A DNA stretch of 64,000 nucleotides from Cirrosporium novae-zelandiae (GCA_026023565.1 JAPETS010000002.1:1-64000), one strand, 5' to 3'; shown: positions 25,711-40,500, numbered from the stretch's first letter. The notes: generated by a model not told the origin, from the letters alone. Translations and numbers: made by a program.

Positions 25711-28700
25711 TTACCCATCCAAAACCCCGCTCTCCTTCAACCCCTTCCATAACTCCGGCTCCAAAAATCCCCTAACCCCAACCTCTTCACTCAACCCCTT
25801 CCGCCTTCTCGTCTTCATTACGAAATCCCTCGCCGACTGCCCCGCATTCGCCATCTCCAACGGTCTTACCCTAACGCTCTTATCTAGCGGGTCCCCGGGC
25901 ACAACTTCCCATTTCTCAAAGGATAAAGAAACGGCCGCCTGACCCTGCGTGTGAATCCGCAAATCTGTTTCGAAACCGAAGGAGTCGATTACAGGGATTA
26001 GGCCTTTGCATTGGTAAAGGGGGGTGCCCGCAACGGGGCCGTCGGAGAGGATGTGGCCTCGGCGGCGGGCTAGCACAGTATAGAGGTCTGGGACTGCATC
26101 TGCGGGGCCAGTCATGGAGACCGAGTAGAGTGGTTCCATGAGGCGTGGGGAAGCGAGGAGAAAGGAAGAGTAAAGGGCTCGGCGGACGGTGGGGATTATT
26201 TGGCCCCCGCCTCGGTGAATCGCTTGCTCTGCAAGGGAGATGTCTGTGAGTCGGAACTTAGTGTTTCGGATTGGTTCTTCGCACAGTGGGCCTTCGCGCG
26301 TGCCCCAGGAGAAGCCTTGACGGATACTATCCCGGACGCTGTGGAGTTGCTTCTTGTTGACTTGTGAGGGCAGCGTGTCGTCTTGGAGGATGTTGGGGCC
26401 CATCTCGTCGGGCCCAAAGGCCCAGATGCTGCGCGCGGCGAGCTTGTCCCAGTCGTAGTTTTCTTCGAAGAATTGCGCTACTTTGCGGATGGGATCGCGG
26501 ATGCGCACACGGCCCGACTCGATATCCTCGGCGATGCCGGGTTCTAGGGGCTCGGCCAGCATGGTGATTTTGTTTTTCTTGTTGGGAGTGAGTGCATAGC
26601 ACATTATGGCTGAGGTTTCGACTACCGTTTCGCAAAACCGGGTCACGGGGTCTGAAACTTTGAGCTCCATTTCGGCATATAGTCTTCGGAGATCGTGGAG
26701 AACGCAATCCATATACAGTTCACCTGTCCCTAGCACTACGTGTTCTCCAGATTCCTCGACTTTAGTGGTGATGAGAGGATAGCTCTTGTTGATCTTTCGA
26801 AGACCGTCCAACATCTTCGGGAGTTCCGACGGGTTAATAGGTTCGACTGCAACCTTTAGCACCGACTCTGTGAAGTGCTTGATAGGCTTGAAGATATAAG
26901 CATCCTCGTTGTCCGGTAATTGCAATGGTACAATGGTAGCTGTCTTCATGATGGAATTGTCCACTCCACCTAACAAAACCCAGTTCCCGGCAGGGACACC
27001 CTCGGTGGGGATATTGTATCTTGACTCGGCTATCCATGTATCTGAAATGACAGCATTGGTCATATCTTCTTCATCATCCAGAGTGTATCCCTCTCCAAGG
27101 ACTCTAACCTCAGTTCCTGGTCTTGCAATTCCGCTCATTACTCGGCCGAAGGCGTGGAAATTCTTGGCGTCAACGGTGTTGAAAAGTTTAGTAGCATGAA
27201 TGACCAAGGGGCCATCTTGGTCGCAGCGCTGCATAGCGTCTGCAACTTTAGTGTCCAAGGGTCCAGTATAATATTGCTCGAGTTTCCTCTGAGCGGATTC
27301 AACTGGAGATGGAATATGCTGGACAACCATATCAACAAAGCCATTAGCACCACCAAAAAACTGTTCGCAGACAAGCTTCAACAAAACCTTAGCGTCTGTC
27401 TTGAATTGCGCGGGCCTTAAATGAATATTCAGAGTAGCAAGTGTGTCTTTGAGATCTTCGGGACTCTCACTGATGGTGTGGGAATACAATTTATAGATTG
27501 GTTCAAGGACAAAGTTAACGAAAGTTCGCTTTGATCTCTCTTCCGTTCCTTTTCGCGTGAACTTTCGACTCTTTGGGTTGAAGAAGATATCACCCCACAG
27601 CCGTGTAGCAAAATCTGATGCATTAAGACCCTTATAGCTGTCTGCGTACATCTTTGCAAATGATTGTAATGTGAAGACCCATCCCATACTGCTGCAAGCA
27701 AATGCAACGTTGCCCTTCTCAGGACTTAATCTTCTCTTCTCTCCTTGTCCTGGTAATGTGTTTTCAATAATGGTGTTCACTTCCTCAACCACATGCTTCA
27801 ATTTGAAATATGCATCCATGGGTGGCAACTTCAACTCCAGAATTAACCGATCCATTTTATTTATCAAAAGTGTTAGAGGTATATTTTCGAGGACTGCGTG
27901 TTTGATGATCTGTTCGGTATTGACTTGGACTCCCTCCACCACATCTACTACCAACACCACTCCGTCCACTAATCTTAACGAGGCTGCCACCTCGTCTACA
28001 AAATTAACATGACCAGGGGTATCAATAATGTTGAAAAGGTGGGATTTGCCCTTCGTTCCCTGAAGGACTAGACTCATTGGCGCAGCTTTTATGGACAAGC
28101 CTCGTTCTCTCTCGAGAAAGTGAATATCTGTATATCGTAATTGCTCATCCCTTTTTTTTCCCGTTCGCTTCTCTAACCGCTCCGTAAGATTGTGTGTCTG
28201 CATGACTAGCATGTCCATTAACGCAGTCTTGCCATGGTGTAAATGTCCAGCAAAGGCTATATTCCTGATCTGTTCGGGGAAGTTCATGAGATCCGTCATA
28301 AAGTCACGCGAGAAGGAAACTTGTGGTAAGTCGGCTTCCTGCACAGCGAATTTCTTCTGCTCCACAGGGGCAATAATTGGTTGTGACAGCGGTTGTGCAT
28401 CTTCTTCTTGTACGAGTGTCTCGACATCTGGGCCATAGACTTGTTCGGCAGTTGGATAATATTGCTTGTCTTCGTGTAGTACAACAGCATTGGATGGACC
28501 CTCTGTGCATATAATTAATATATATCCTGGAGCACCCAGCTGTGGAGCAGGAGCACCATACCATCTATTTCCATTAACTGTTGATTATTTGTCTCCGCCT
28601 CTTGTTCGACATCCTCATCATCGCCACCCACGTTGAGATAGGCATCTGCATCATCGGCAACATTCTGGTCCTCTTCTTCAGACTCGTCGACTTCACCGAT

Positions 28701-28798
28701 AAAATTGCCAAACCTAGAGCCAGTCAGGATGAATAATCAGGCATACTGGGGGGGGGCGACGGTGATAGAGCTACTTACTCGTCGTAGAGGTCATCCAT
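25711..28798 (-). CDS. SNU114: U5 snRNP 116 kDa GTPase (Snu114/Cwf10/EFTUD2), 3 exons
   Basis: MDDLYDEFGNFIG start, introns 28714-28778 and 28503-28561, motifs GHLHHGKT, DTPGHVNF, NKMD, EESGEH, GTGELYMDC, DSFGFETDLR, TRRRKG. Confidence 0.97.
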
Positions 28799-29208
28799 GT
28801 TGGCCGCGACTGCAAATTATTGAGTTGTTGGTTGATCAAGCTCACAGATTGAATGAGGCCACTCGCGAATTGAAGTTCCGCGATATTTCGTGATGAGGTT
28901 TTAGACCAATGATAGAGCTAGAATGTTGAAAGAATGATGATTAGTCGTAACCTCCGATACGCGTCTACTCATCAAAAAAACCAAAAATACTAAAAAATAC
29001 CAATGCCTTCTTTAAGATTGTCGATAGACACGACGATAAAGAAACTCAATTCCCCTCACTATTAGACTTCATTCTTCAATCTTCTTTCACCTGCACAACT
29101 CTCCGCTCCGTAGCATAGACTTCCCTCCCCTCTTAACCTGCATTTTTATTTTGGTTTTGTCTTGGACAATTTCTAAAACAGGGAAAAAAACTGTCTTCCA
29201 TTTCAGCC

Positions 29209-30577
<1,369 letters not shown>

Positions 30578-31168
30578 GCCACGAACCAGAACTACTTAAT
30601 TGTCAGTTTTCGAAAAAAAAAAGAACACGTAACGATATACCTAAGATGAAAAAAGCAGATGTCAATACAAATACAATGCAGATAGGCAAATTCACGAGTA
30701 GGTCATGATTAGCATTGCTTGCTCGAAGGCGTTATTGATATGCAAAGTATCTAAGATACCATATGCCTTGATAGGCCTTTCAGGCAGACATGTGATTGAA
30801 AAAGACATGAATAAACGAGACAAAAAAACAAGTTGACAATTGAGCTCATAGAAGATAGTGACCCTCGCGATCAAGACTAAAGACAATATTTTTCGTTTCA
30901 GTTTCCATAAAGTTCATCATTCATAAAGTGTAATGGTTTGTACAAGGGTATCTCTCTCGGCGCCAACAGGGCTAAAACAAGTTCGCCCCTTTTTTCTTTC
31001 ATATAAAACCGCAACTCGTTCATGAGTGGTCATCATTATAATATAATATTTCCATTTTCGTATGCACATCACGCCCATACATACCACATGCTTCATCGCT
31101 ATCAAATATCGAAGTCTTGAAGCAGATAAAACCTTTACCCATCTATATTTTCCATCTTTCACTTCCCC

Positions 31169-33065
31169 TTACGCCTCAGGTCGTAGAAATCTCAGCAAGG
31201 GGTCAATCATGCCCATATCTTCGCTACAATTGCCATCACCGTTATGGGCGGCGGTGCTATTTTTATTTAAGTTGTAGGGGCTTCCCTCAGCAGCTAAAGG
31301 AGTAGATAATCCTATCTGCGGACTCACATATTCATGCACATTTAACGGAGCCGTGGGAAGAGACATCTGCGTACGCAGACTCAACTGCTCCGCCTCGGGG
31401 CGCAAGTTCATGGTTTCGATCTCCTCTGCAATGCTAATCTTACCGGCGACCTCATACGCTCTTGTAAACCCATGTACATCCTCGACGCTTGCGTCAACAA
31501 GGGCATCCTCAATCCGAACGTCGCCGAGGCCGTGCCAGGATCTGAGATGGCCTTCCAGATCATACATTCTGTGGAATACGAATTGGCATTCAGGGATCCG
31601 ACATGGGAGGGTGCGACCGCTTTCGGCGATATAGTTGGCGCCAGTGAGTTTGGCGATTGCAGAGACGGAGGTATCGGCGTGGTTGGTCTTTTGGCAGGTT
31701 ACGCCTGCGGGCAGTGGCTGGGTTGGGCCGTCTTGAACTTGCTGTGCTTCCAGTCGTGCTTGTTGTTCCTCTTGCTGGTATCGTATTTCCTCTTTCTTGG
31801 CCTGTCTTGCTCGCTTTAACCCTTGATGCTGACTCCTCACATGCTCTTCCAGGCTCAGCTTTGATGCAAATGCCCGACCACAAGCGCCTTCTCCATTCCA
31901 TCCGGTTACTTTCTTCGAGTTGTTCAGACCCGTGATTCCGCAAACGAAGTTCTTTTCCCCAGCGTGAACCGTTCGGATGTGCACATTCAGATTCCCCTTT
32001 TTTGTAAAGCGGTGACCGCATTCAGGGAAAGAACAAATGTGTATACGGTGTTCTTCGACATCCTGGTCTCCATGGGTGATTTCGATATGCCGGCGCAGAT
32101 CGCGTGAAGAGGAGCATTGGAGGGAGCAGGTAGGACAGGTTGGGGGGTGCACGGTGCGGAGGTGATCTTGGAGGAGAGAGTACGTGGGGAATGCGACGAC
32201 GAGGGGGCTTTCGTTTGATTCTTCGCCTTCTTCAGTCAGGGCATTGGGGCTACACTCCATACAGATGAAGCGCGAGCCTCCATGTAAGCGATCTTCGTGC
32301 GATCGCAACTTTCCTGCCGTGTCAAAGGCTTGGGTGCAAGGTTTCCCGGTTGTAAAATCAATTTTGGTACAAGGAAAGGGCTTTTGGTGGAGATGGACGG
32401 ATGTAATATGACGTTGGAGGGTAGCATGCTTTCTGAATGTTTCGTTGCATGGTAGATATTCTGTACAACGGTAGGTTTCTTTCTTTTGATGAGCAGCCTC
32501 ATGACGTCGTAGTCTTGTAGCAGTTAGGAACTTCTTGTCGCAGCCTTCCCACGAACATACAAAGTCTCGTATATCAGTGTGCGCACTTTTGATATGGTGG
32601 TTGAGATGTGTCTCTCGTAGGAAGTCCTTATCACATCCCGGATGCAAGCACTTGAATGGTCGTTCACCGGTATGGGAATGCATATGCTCAGCTAGTCTCG
32701 CTGGGCGATTGAAGGCTTTACTACAACCTTGCCATCTACAGCGATGCGTCTTCTCATCAGACGGGTATTTGTGTTTCGGAGTAGACGGAGAACAGGGAGT
32801 TATGGGGGTTGGAGCAGTTGATGTTGTAGGCTTCCAGCCTTTGGCCGAGGAGATGGATTCATTGTCAGAGTCTTCGTATTCGGAATTGGAATATTTGTCA
32901 TTTACTAGCATGTCTAGAGAGACGTAAGCATCTGTGAAATAGAGGAGCCCTGAAGTAAACCAGACCATTCGAGCTCAGCCCTTTCATTCGTTTGGGAGTT
33001 GGAGCGAAGCCATCGTCCGCTTTCCGCTTCAGCTTCGAACTTCTCATAGAAATAGAAGCCATCAT
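31169..33065 (-). CDS. PZF1: Transcription factor IIIA (10 C2H2 fingers), 2 exons
   Basis: Nine clustered C2H2 fingers from CRWQGCSKAFNRPARLAEH, a long spacer, then a tenth finger (CRIPEC...HLRSWH). A 52-nt intron at ~32914-32965 joins an upstream exon with KRK/KR motifs. It lies head-to-head with RPB6. Start is uncertain (33065 or 33176). Confidence 0.85.
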
Positions 33066-33970
33066 CTCCTCTACAGCTTCGGGGATCAACATTGGTTCTT
33101 GGAGCTTCGAAGTGACTCCATTGTCTTGAATTGAATCCAATCTTGAACTACAATAAGCTCTTGAAATTATTTCCATTGTGGGAATTTGGAGCGAAATCTT
33201 GGCATATACGGGATCTAACCCTAAATAGGAAAGCGCAATTCGGGCGCATGTAAATAAGCGGGACTCACAAATTCGTTTTTTTTTTACTATTCTTTTTTCT
33301 AGGGAGGCCTTCAAACAAAATTAACTTTTATTTTTTAGCCTTTAAAAAGGCTTTCAAATTAAATTATTGAAAACTGATTTTATTTGAAAACCCGAGGGTG
33401 GTTCGCATATTCAAAGGTACATCACCTCCGGCTTCCGAAAAATTATGTTTGGGCAAAATTATTATAGAACTGCTGTATTGTTGCCTTTCCTATTAATTGT
33501 AGTTATCATATTAGAATTAATTTTGTGCACAGAGCTTTTTTGTGGAATATATAACTAGTACCTCTTCCTCTATAGATCTACATCCTTTTTACATCACACT
33601 TTTAATCCCCAACATAAATAGTAAAAATCCGAGTTTATGATATCGGGGATACAATTTCCGATTGAGTTAACCAGCACCTCTTTTCACCCATATTTAGGCT
33701 AGTCTAGAATCCTCTTGGCAGCGTCGTTTTAGGATAAATTCCTCGACCTGCACCTTGTTACAGTGGCTTTTCTTGTGAGTCCTATTTATTTTGGGACTAG
33801 CGTGGGGCGCAAAAAAGTGAAGATCCAAAGATTTGGCCTTGATATGAACCATAACTACTCTCCAATCTTGATCTATTCATCACAACTACTTTTACTGCTC
33901 TTGAACCTAACATTCATCCAAACTAGTCCATATTCTCATATTCTCATATTATATACTTTTTACTACAAGG

Positions 33971-34690
33971 ATGTCTGATGCTGGAGACGACCACGATGGG
34001 TAAGATCACCCTTTGTCTCCAACATCTTTCCGTCAATTTGCTTCCTTTCAGCTTAACAGTCTCCCTCTTGTTACGCGCACTAATACCACTTCAGCTATGA
34101 GCCATATGAACCAGATGAACCTACATTTGACGATGAAGAACCTGCGACCCCCGAAGACCCTGCCGATATAGAAAACCCCAATGCTGAGGATGAAGAAATA
34201 GGTGGAACTGAAGACCCTGATGCGATGCACCCGGCCAATGGCGAGCGGAGGACAGTTGTAACAGCTGACCCCAGTGCTGCACAGGCAGCGAAGAAGAACG
34301 CAGTAATTGGGCAGAGGGAGAAGCGGATTCCAGATGATCAGAGGAAGACCACACCGTACATGACCAAGTATGAACGAGCAAGAGTGTTAGGAACGAGAGC
34401 ACTGCAGATTAGGTAGGAACTTCTGGCTAGGAGCGCAGTGATAGCAACTTGTGGGAAAAATATATACTAACCTGAAAACAGTATGAATGCTCCCGTGCTT
34501 GTAGATTTGGAGGGAGAGACCGATCCTTTACAAATCGCCATCAAGGAACTACGGGAAAAGAAAATCCCTCTCATCGTCAGAAGATATCTACCAGATGGCT
34601 GGTATGCGCTCCCCCGTTTCCTAGGAGCCCCAAATTTAGATACTTATGTTAAATAGGTACGAAGACTGGACATGCGAAGAACTACTGTGA
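33971..34690 (+). CDS. RPB6: RNA polymerases I, II and III shared subunit Rpb6 (Rpo26), 4 exons
   Basis: Exons 33971-33999, 34095-34412, 34482-34601, 34657-34690 give [45 protein letters not shown]...[17 protein letters not shown]. Confidence 0.97.
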
Positions 34691-35955
34691 ATAACTACTG
34701 TGAAGAACACCACCCTTCCTCAAAAAAACCCGAAGTTAGAAAATTGAAGCAACACAAGCCTCCCTCCAGATAACCAGAACGCTCTCTTTTCTTCTTCAAA
34801 TCTAAGCATGTTTGGATACAAGTGGGTGATCTAATCTCTGGGAGAAGTAATAGAGGCCCTAATACGTGTGAAACATCCAAAAATCCATATTCCCTTTTCC
34901 GAAAAGGAAATGATTGGACCAATTCACACCACATACACTTCTTCAAAAAAAAAACCTAAAATTGGATGCATAATGGTGGAGGCGCAAAATTATGGGCATG
35001 ACATAAATAGTGTGAGGGAGCTATTTCAGGTTGTTCTCTAGATGAGATTGGGCAAAAGGCTAAAGGTTGCTCTTGGTTACCATGCTCCTCGATTTTCTAC
35101 TGAGAGGAGGATGCATGCATGCATGACGCACATACTACTACTACCACCAAATAATGACGAGAAAGAGAACGAGGGAGAAAAATAAGATAAAAGACTTTTT
35201 TTGGTCTACACTTCAAAGTGTTGTTCATTGATAAATCGTGACTTGTTAATGAATACAAGGAACATAAACCACCAACTATGTACGGTATCACCCTTAGGGA
35301 AAGAAATTAGGTAATATACCCTCAAGTAAAATCCCTATTTCAATCTCGCCATCGACATTCTAGTTTCTCTTCAACCCAACTTAAGTACTTGTATTCCAAA
35401 AAAAAAAGTCCAATTACCATCACTGTATTCCTTTAACCCACAATCCCCAAATACATATGTATATATATGCCAGGGTTAAGTCAACCCTATGATCACATCT
35501 CCATACCATAAACCAATACAACCAAGCCCCCCCCCCTCCCCCCGCATTTTCAAAGACGGGTTCAATATAGATGGTGAGATGGAGAGTATTGGTATATATG
35601 CGATTGAGTAGGCCACTTTTAAATTGGACCGATATGTGCATTGTAGGTGGAGTTGGAGTTGGTTGGTAATGTTGGATGAGCTCGTAGTTTGTTGTAGATT
35701 CCATAGCATGTTTAATTCGTCGTTGTAATCACATCATTATCATTGAAGCACGTATTAGCCGGATTTCATAGCCAATGTCAGCGTTGTTATAATGGACATG
35801 GGTGGACAGGGAAGCCATTTCGGGGTCCTTGGTATCCGTCAAGCAGTTAATAGGCAGCCTCTCCACTCCGCGGAGAGAGGGGGGGGCGAGAGATCCAAAA
35901 CCTGCAGCGCATTCACACAGGCAGATAAATAAAAGATCCCACCCACTCACCCCCA

Positions 35956-36639
35956 TCAACAACCCTTTAACATGTTCCCCACAACTCCCCTCAGCGTCCC
36001 ATTCTCCAACGCTGCTGCAACCCTCTCCTTATCCCCCAGCTGCCTATTAACATCACTCGCCTGCGCGTGACTCCCTTCTTTGATTCTCACATCCACTCGA
36101 AACCTTGGAGGCAACGCCTGCTCCAGCCGCACACGCACCCCGAGACCGATGACGGTGGCGAGGGAGCAGTGGTTTATTGTAGGGGTCAGGTAGACGGTGA
36201 GGGTCTTAAGGGGAGAGAAGGGGACAGAGGGGAGCGTGGGGGTTATGTGGATATCGGGGAGAAGAACCACGCCCAGGGAACCGAGTGTTAGAGGGTGCTC
36301 TGGGTCGGAGATTGGGGCTATGAGGTCTGTAGTGGGGTTAGTATGATGGTTTATGTATATGGTTTTGAGGTGGGGTAAGAAGAGGTACGTACCGTAGATT
36401 TCTTGCTCGTCGATGGGTTCGGGCGCGTCATCGTCGTCGGAGAGGCTTGATTCTGAATCGAATGAGGAGAGGGGGGTGTTGTCGAATGGATCGATTGCAG
36501 AGGAGGATGGAGGGAGGACGGAGGAGAAGAGACTGATACCGCCAAATGGGGAAGAGGTGGTGGATGATGGGCGGCGACGGCGGGTGGGGAGATCAGACGG
36601 ATTAAGAATTGTTGGGTTGGCATTAATCGGGTCGGCCAT
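35956..36639 (-). CDS. CIA2: Cytosolic Fe-S assembly component Cia2 (MIP18/FAM96B)
   Basis: INANP, EPIDEQEIYDLI (after removing intron 36327-36392), DPEHPLTLGSLGVV, TPTINHCSLATVIGL, VNRQLGDKERVAAALEN. Confidence 0.95.
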   Translation of the reverse strand: MADPINANPTILNPSDLPTRRRRPSSTTSSPFGGISLFSSVLPPSSSAIDPFDNTPLSSFDSESSLSDDDDAPEPIDEQEIYGTYLFLPHLKTIYINHHTNPTTDLIAPISDPEHPLTLGSLGVVLLPDIHITPTLPSVPFSPLKTLTVYLTPTINHCSLATVIGLGVRVRLEQALPPRFRVDVRIKEGSHAQASDVNRQLGDKERVAAALENGTLRGVVGNMLKGC

Positions 36640-37566
36640 GATGGGCTGTTTGAAAGATATATTTTTTCTTTAAATATTATGAAAAGAGTGATGATAAGAT
36701 AACGGTAAATTTTATAGCGCAGACAAACCACCCTCGCCTCCTCTATTTTGCAACACCTGCGTCACTATCCACACCTTATCCTTCCCCCTACCCTTACTAA
36801 CTACCATGTAAGATCTAATAATCAAAGTATAGTTTGAAGAGAATCGAATAGAATAATGATGGATAGCTGCATAGCCTAAGTATATGATATAGTCAACCCC
36901 TTTAAATTCTATTTTATAGCCATCCAGTCAGTTCCCTAAGAACCTCTCCTTGTTCATGTGGATTCCCCTATATGCAAAATATTGCATAGGCGAGGAGCAT
37001 AATTTTTCCGTTGCTGAAAGCTCAGTAAGCAGATTTTCCCATCATAACACATCCATGCTGTGTCATTCCTCAAAGCGAGTGCTACTCCGTCCAACCCGAC
37101 AGGAAACGAAAACTCCTTTTATCCCTCAGTCAACCCAACACCTATCATACATGGCATGAACCGAATATATGTGCATTCGAATGAGTAAACGCCCCACCAA
37201 CCCAATGGCGACTCTGCCGATATAAATTTTTCCCCTTCCGGTTGAATTCAACGATCGATCATAACCTAGCCTATCATGCGCCCCAAACAATCCAGATCCG
37301 GTAAACTGCCAACACGTATTCGAAAGTGGTCATTAAGACGCATAACTTTTGATATAGAGCCTGCCTTCCCCGAAAACAACCTCCTATGGTATTCAACTCA
37401 ACTCATAAAGCCATGAATACATTTAATAAACAAAAATTATCATGTTAGATGTTTCATCATGGTATTTGTCGCCTGTCAAGTGATCAGTCTCTTCATGCGG
37501 TTCCTTCTAACAACAGTTTGGAAGAATCAACCCACACTTTGTCCTTGGAAGTTTGCTGTTTTTTCT

Positions 37567-40500
37567 TCATCCTGCTCTCTTTGCTACTGGCTCGACAGTA
37601 CCGTTAGTGGCGCCATCCCACCTTCGCTTAAGCCCAGCTGGGTCATATACGCTGGCGACGCTTTGTTGCCATTCGCTCGGGGTGACAAAGGAAGGAATAC
37701 TACTGTAATTTGCTTGAGAATACGGTTGCGGTTGCGGTAGAGTTTGTAAACTTAGAGGTACTTGCGACTGCGACTGGATCGTATCGGGATAATGGGACAC
37801 GTCATGATTCCCAGGGTGTACTTGTAATGGCATAGGTGGGGAGGAGCCTTGCGACAGAGAGTTGGTGGAATTTGCATTTGGAGAGGGGAAAGCTGAATTC
37901 CATTGGCTTGAAGAGTGGTGAGCACTGTAATACCCTATTTCTACTTAGATGAAAAGTAATGCTTACTCAAAAATCCGCGTAGGATTCCAGGCCACTCCAT
38001 CAGCATTGGGAAGTTGATTTATAGAAGATTGGGCAGGAGCACGCTGACTTGCCATCATAACCAGGGACTGTGCCGCTGGTGATTCTTCTTTTGCCTCACC
38101 TCTCGTAGCAGAAATCGGGGGCGTCAAAGTTTGCGTGTGATAAGCAGCATGAAATTGCGAGTCTTGTTGAGGGGCACGGTTTAATGCCGGGTGGTATTGG
38201 CTATCCATAGGGGGACTCGGATGAAGTGGCATCCCTGGACTTCCATATGGAAATGACGGTTTAAGCTCGAATGGCTTACTCAAGTCCGCCGAGAAAGCCT
38301 GACGAAGCGTATCTATTTGCACTTGCATTTCTGGATTTGGCCATGCCGCCGAACATTGCTCGAGAACACGCATATGGCGCGTAAAGTAAGGTTTTGCATC
38401 TGAGTTGATATCTGGGTCAGGCGAAGTCGTAGCAACCTCCACACATTGTCAGGTACGATCTAGATAAATGGAAGGGTTTGCTTTACCAAATGAAGCATTA
38501 TCGAAGTCAGTACTGTGTATATAGTCTACACATAGTAAGTCAGCAATTGTAGCCCAAAAGCAAGAATCCAGTACTCACAAAATTGATTCCGCGCTGCATG
38601 CATAAAAGACCAGCTAAGCCATAAGACTGAAGAACTGCCTCCTGCAATCTGCATAAAGACTTCGCAGAAGAGTAGCATAGTAGCATATGCTCTTTCCAGG
38701 CACCATCTACTGGGTAAGATCCCGCGTTCATGAGCTGTGGTCGATGTAAAAGCATTACTGCCAAGTGATAATAGGAATGTAAGTTTGCGACAAAATGAGA
38801 GGGAATCCATGGCGGTGAGCCATCCACCGGGTACGATAGCTGGAGTTCGCGCGGTAATTCCTCCATCCATCTCGAAAAAGGTAAATTCAACTCCACAAAT
38901 CTCCTATCTCCACCCCAGTCCTTTTGTTTCCGAATTTTGGCGTAAGCTTCATGCATCATGCGTACATTGCGCACACAGCGAACCCAATACGTAAACTGTC
39001 TCGATATCTGGTCTTCAGTTTCATCAACCCCTGGCAACATAGTTTGTACATTTACATCTACAGTTTCTGGATCTGCACCCATATCGAACCGACCTGGAAA
39101 AGTTAGCGATAAGCCAAGAAGTCAAATTGGATACAAACCTTGTGGGGCTCCAATCATTACTTCCACTATGAATATACATTGCCAAATGCGTGTCCTTGTT
39201 AGACATTCCACAGGAGGAAAAGTACAAGGCATGCGGTCCTGGTGAAGCGCGTAATGTTCTTGGAGTTCAAGGTCTTTTGCCATTGACACTAATGTCTTCA
39301 CCATCATCCATGATCGGTAATAATAGCCCCGCTTTGGCGTAGCTTCTCTGGCTTTAAGCAAAAGAAGCAATGCTTGCAATGTACTCAGTCTCGGCACATC
39401 CATAAACGAATCCTCATGTTCTAAGCAAGTCAGTATTTAGTACAATGAAAATGCAATTGGAAAATAGTGGAAGCATACTACTAGCAAGAGCGAGCCATTG
39501 GGCTCCTTGGGAGGGATCCTCATCCATCAAACGTCCCGTACAAGCAAATAATGCTTCGAGAACCAATGGGGAAATAGAGCCTCGATTATTATGCCATTGG
39601 TGATAGAACAGTGATCTATTCAGCACTGGAACATAAGGATGTATGTTCTGAAAGAAGAATTCAAAATAACGGGAGGCTTGGTCTTCACTGGGCATCAACT
39701 CTGGGGGGATTCGAATGGCCGATCCTATCGGAGTGGACATTGGTGGCAACTTAACCTCCACATCCTCTGTAGCTGGAACTTCCGCTAAAGTCCTTCTCTG
39801 ATGGGAAATATAAGGAGCTATTTACAGGGCGTCAGGAACAATCCAATGGAAAGGCTAGTTTTTTGTACGAACCAACACCTGTTTCGTCAATCTTAAGTTC
39901 TCCTAAAACATCGCTCAATGTTGAAGCCGTGCTTGAATCTTGGTGATAATAGCCATCTACTTCGCCGCCCGATGAGGGTTGGATCGGCTGTGGGGGTGGC
40001 GGTTGGTATAACGGTTGATTTGTATACGGGGTAGTGTGCATGTTCATATGCGACGTATGCAGGTCGGGATAGACGGAATTTTGGTTGTTCGAGGTACCTG
40101 CATAGTGCGTGGGCTGGTAGTCAGGGATTCCAGGGCCATACGTAACCGGAGGAGTGCTCAAGCCTTGTGGAGGCCTACTCTCTGTCACAAAGTGCGATTG
40201 AACCGGGACCTGGCGCGAGTGTTCGTTGCTTTCAGTATGATTTTGTAAATTCTTGGTACTGTTATTATCAATGTGTTGTTGTTGCCCAATAGCATTATCA
40301 TGTTCATATTTGATCGTAGGAGGAACACAGGTTAGCTTAAGCCTTGTACAGGCAGAACAAGGCCATGTATTTGTTGTTGCAGCATCACATTTTATTTTTC
40401 GTCTTCGACAGCCTTCACATGCTCTCATTACTAGGAAAGATCAGCAATTTCAAGGAAAAACTCGTTTGACAATGTTGCGTACCCTTGAGCCGCTTATGGC

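Noticed and set aside
34677..34710. Short duplication of AACTACTGT around the RPB6 stop
   Set aside because: A 9-nt local duplication with no evident alternative exon or effect on the protein.
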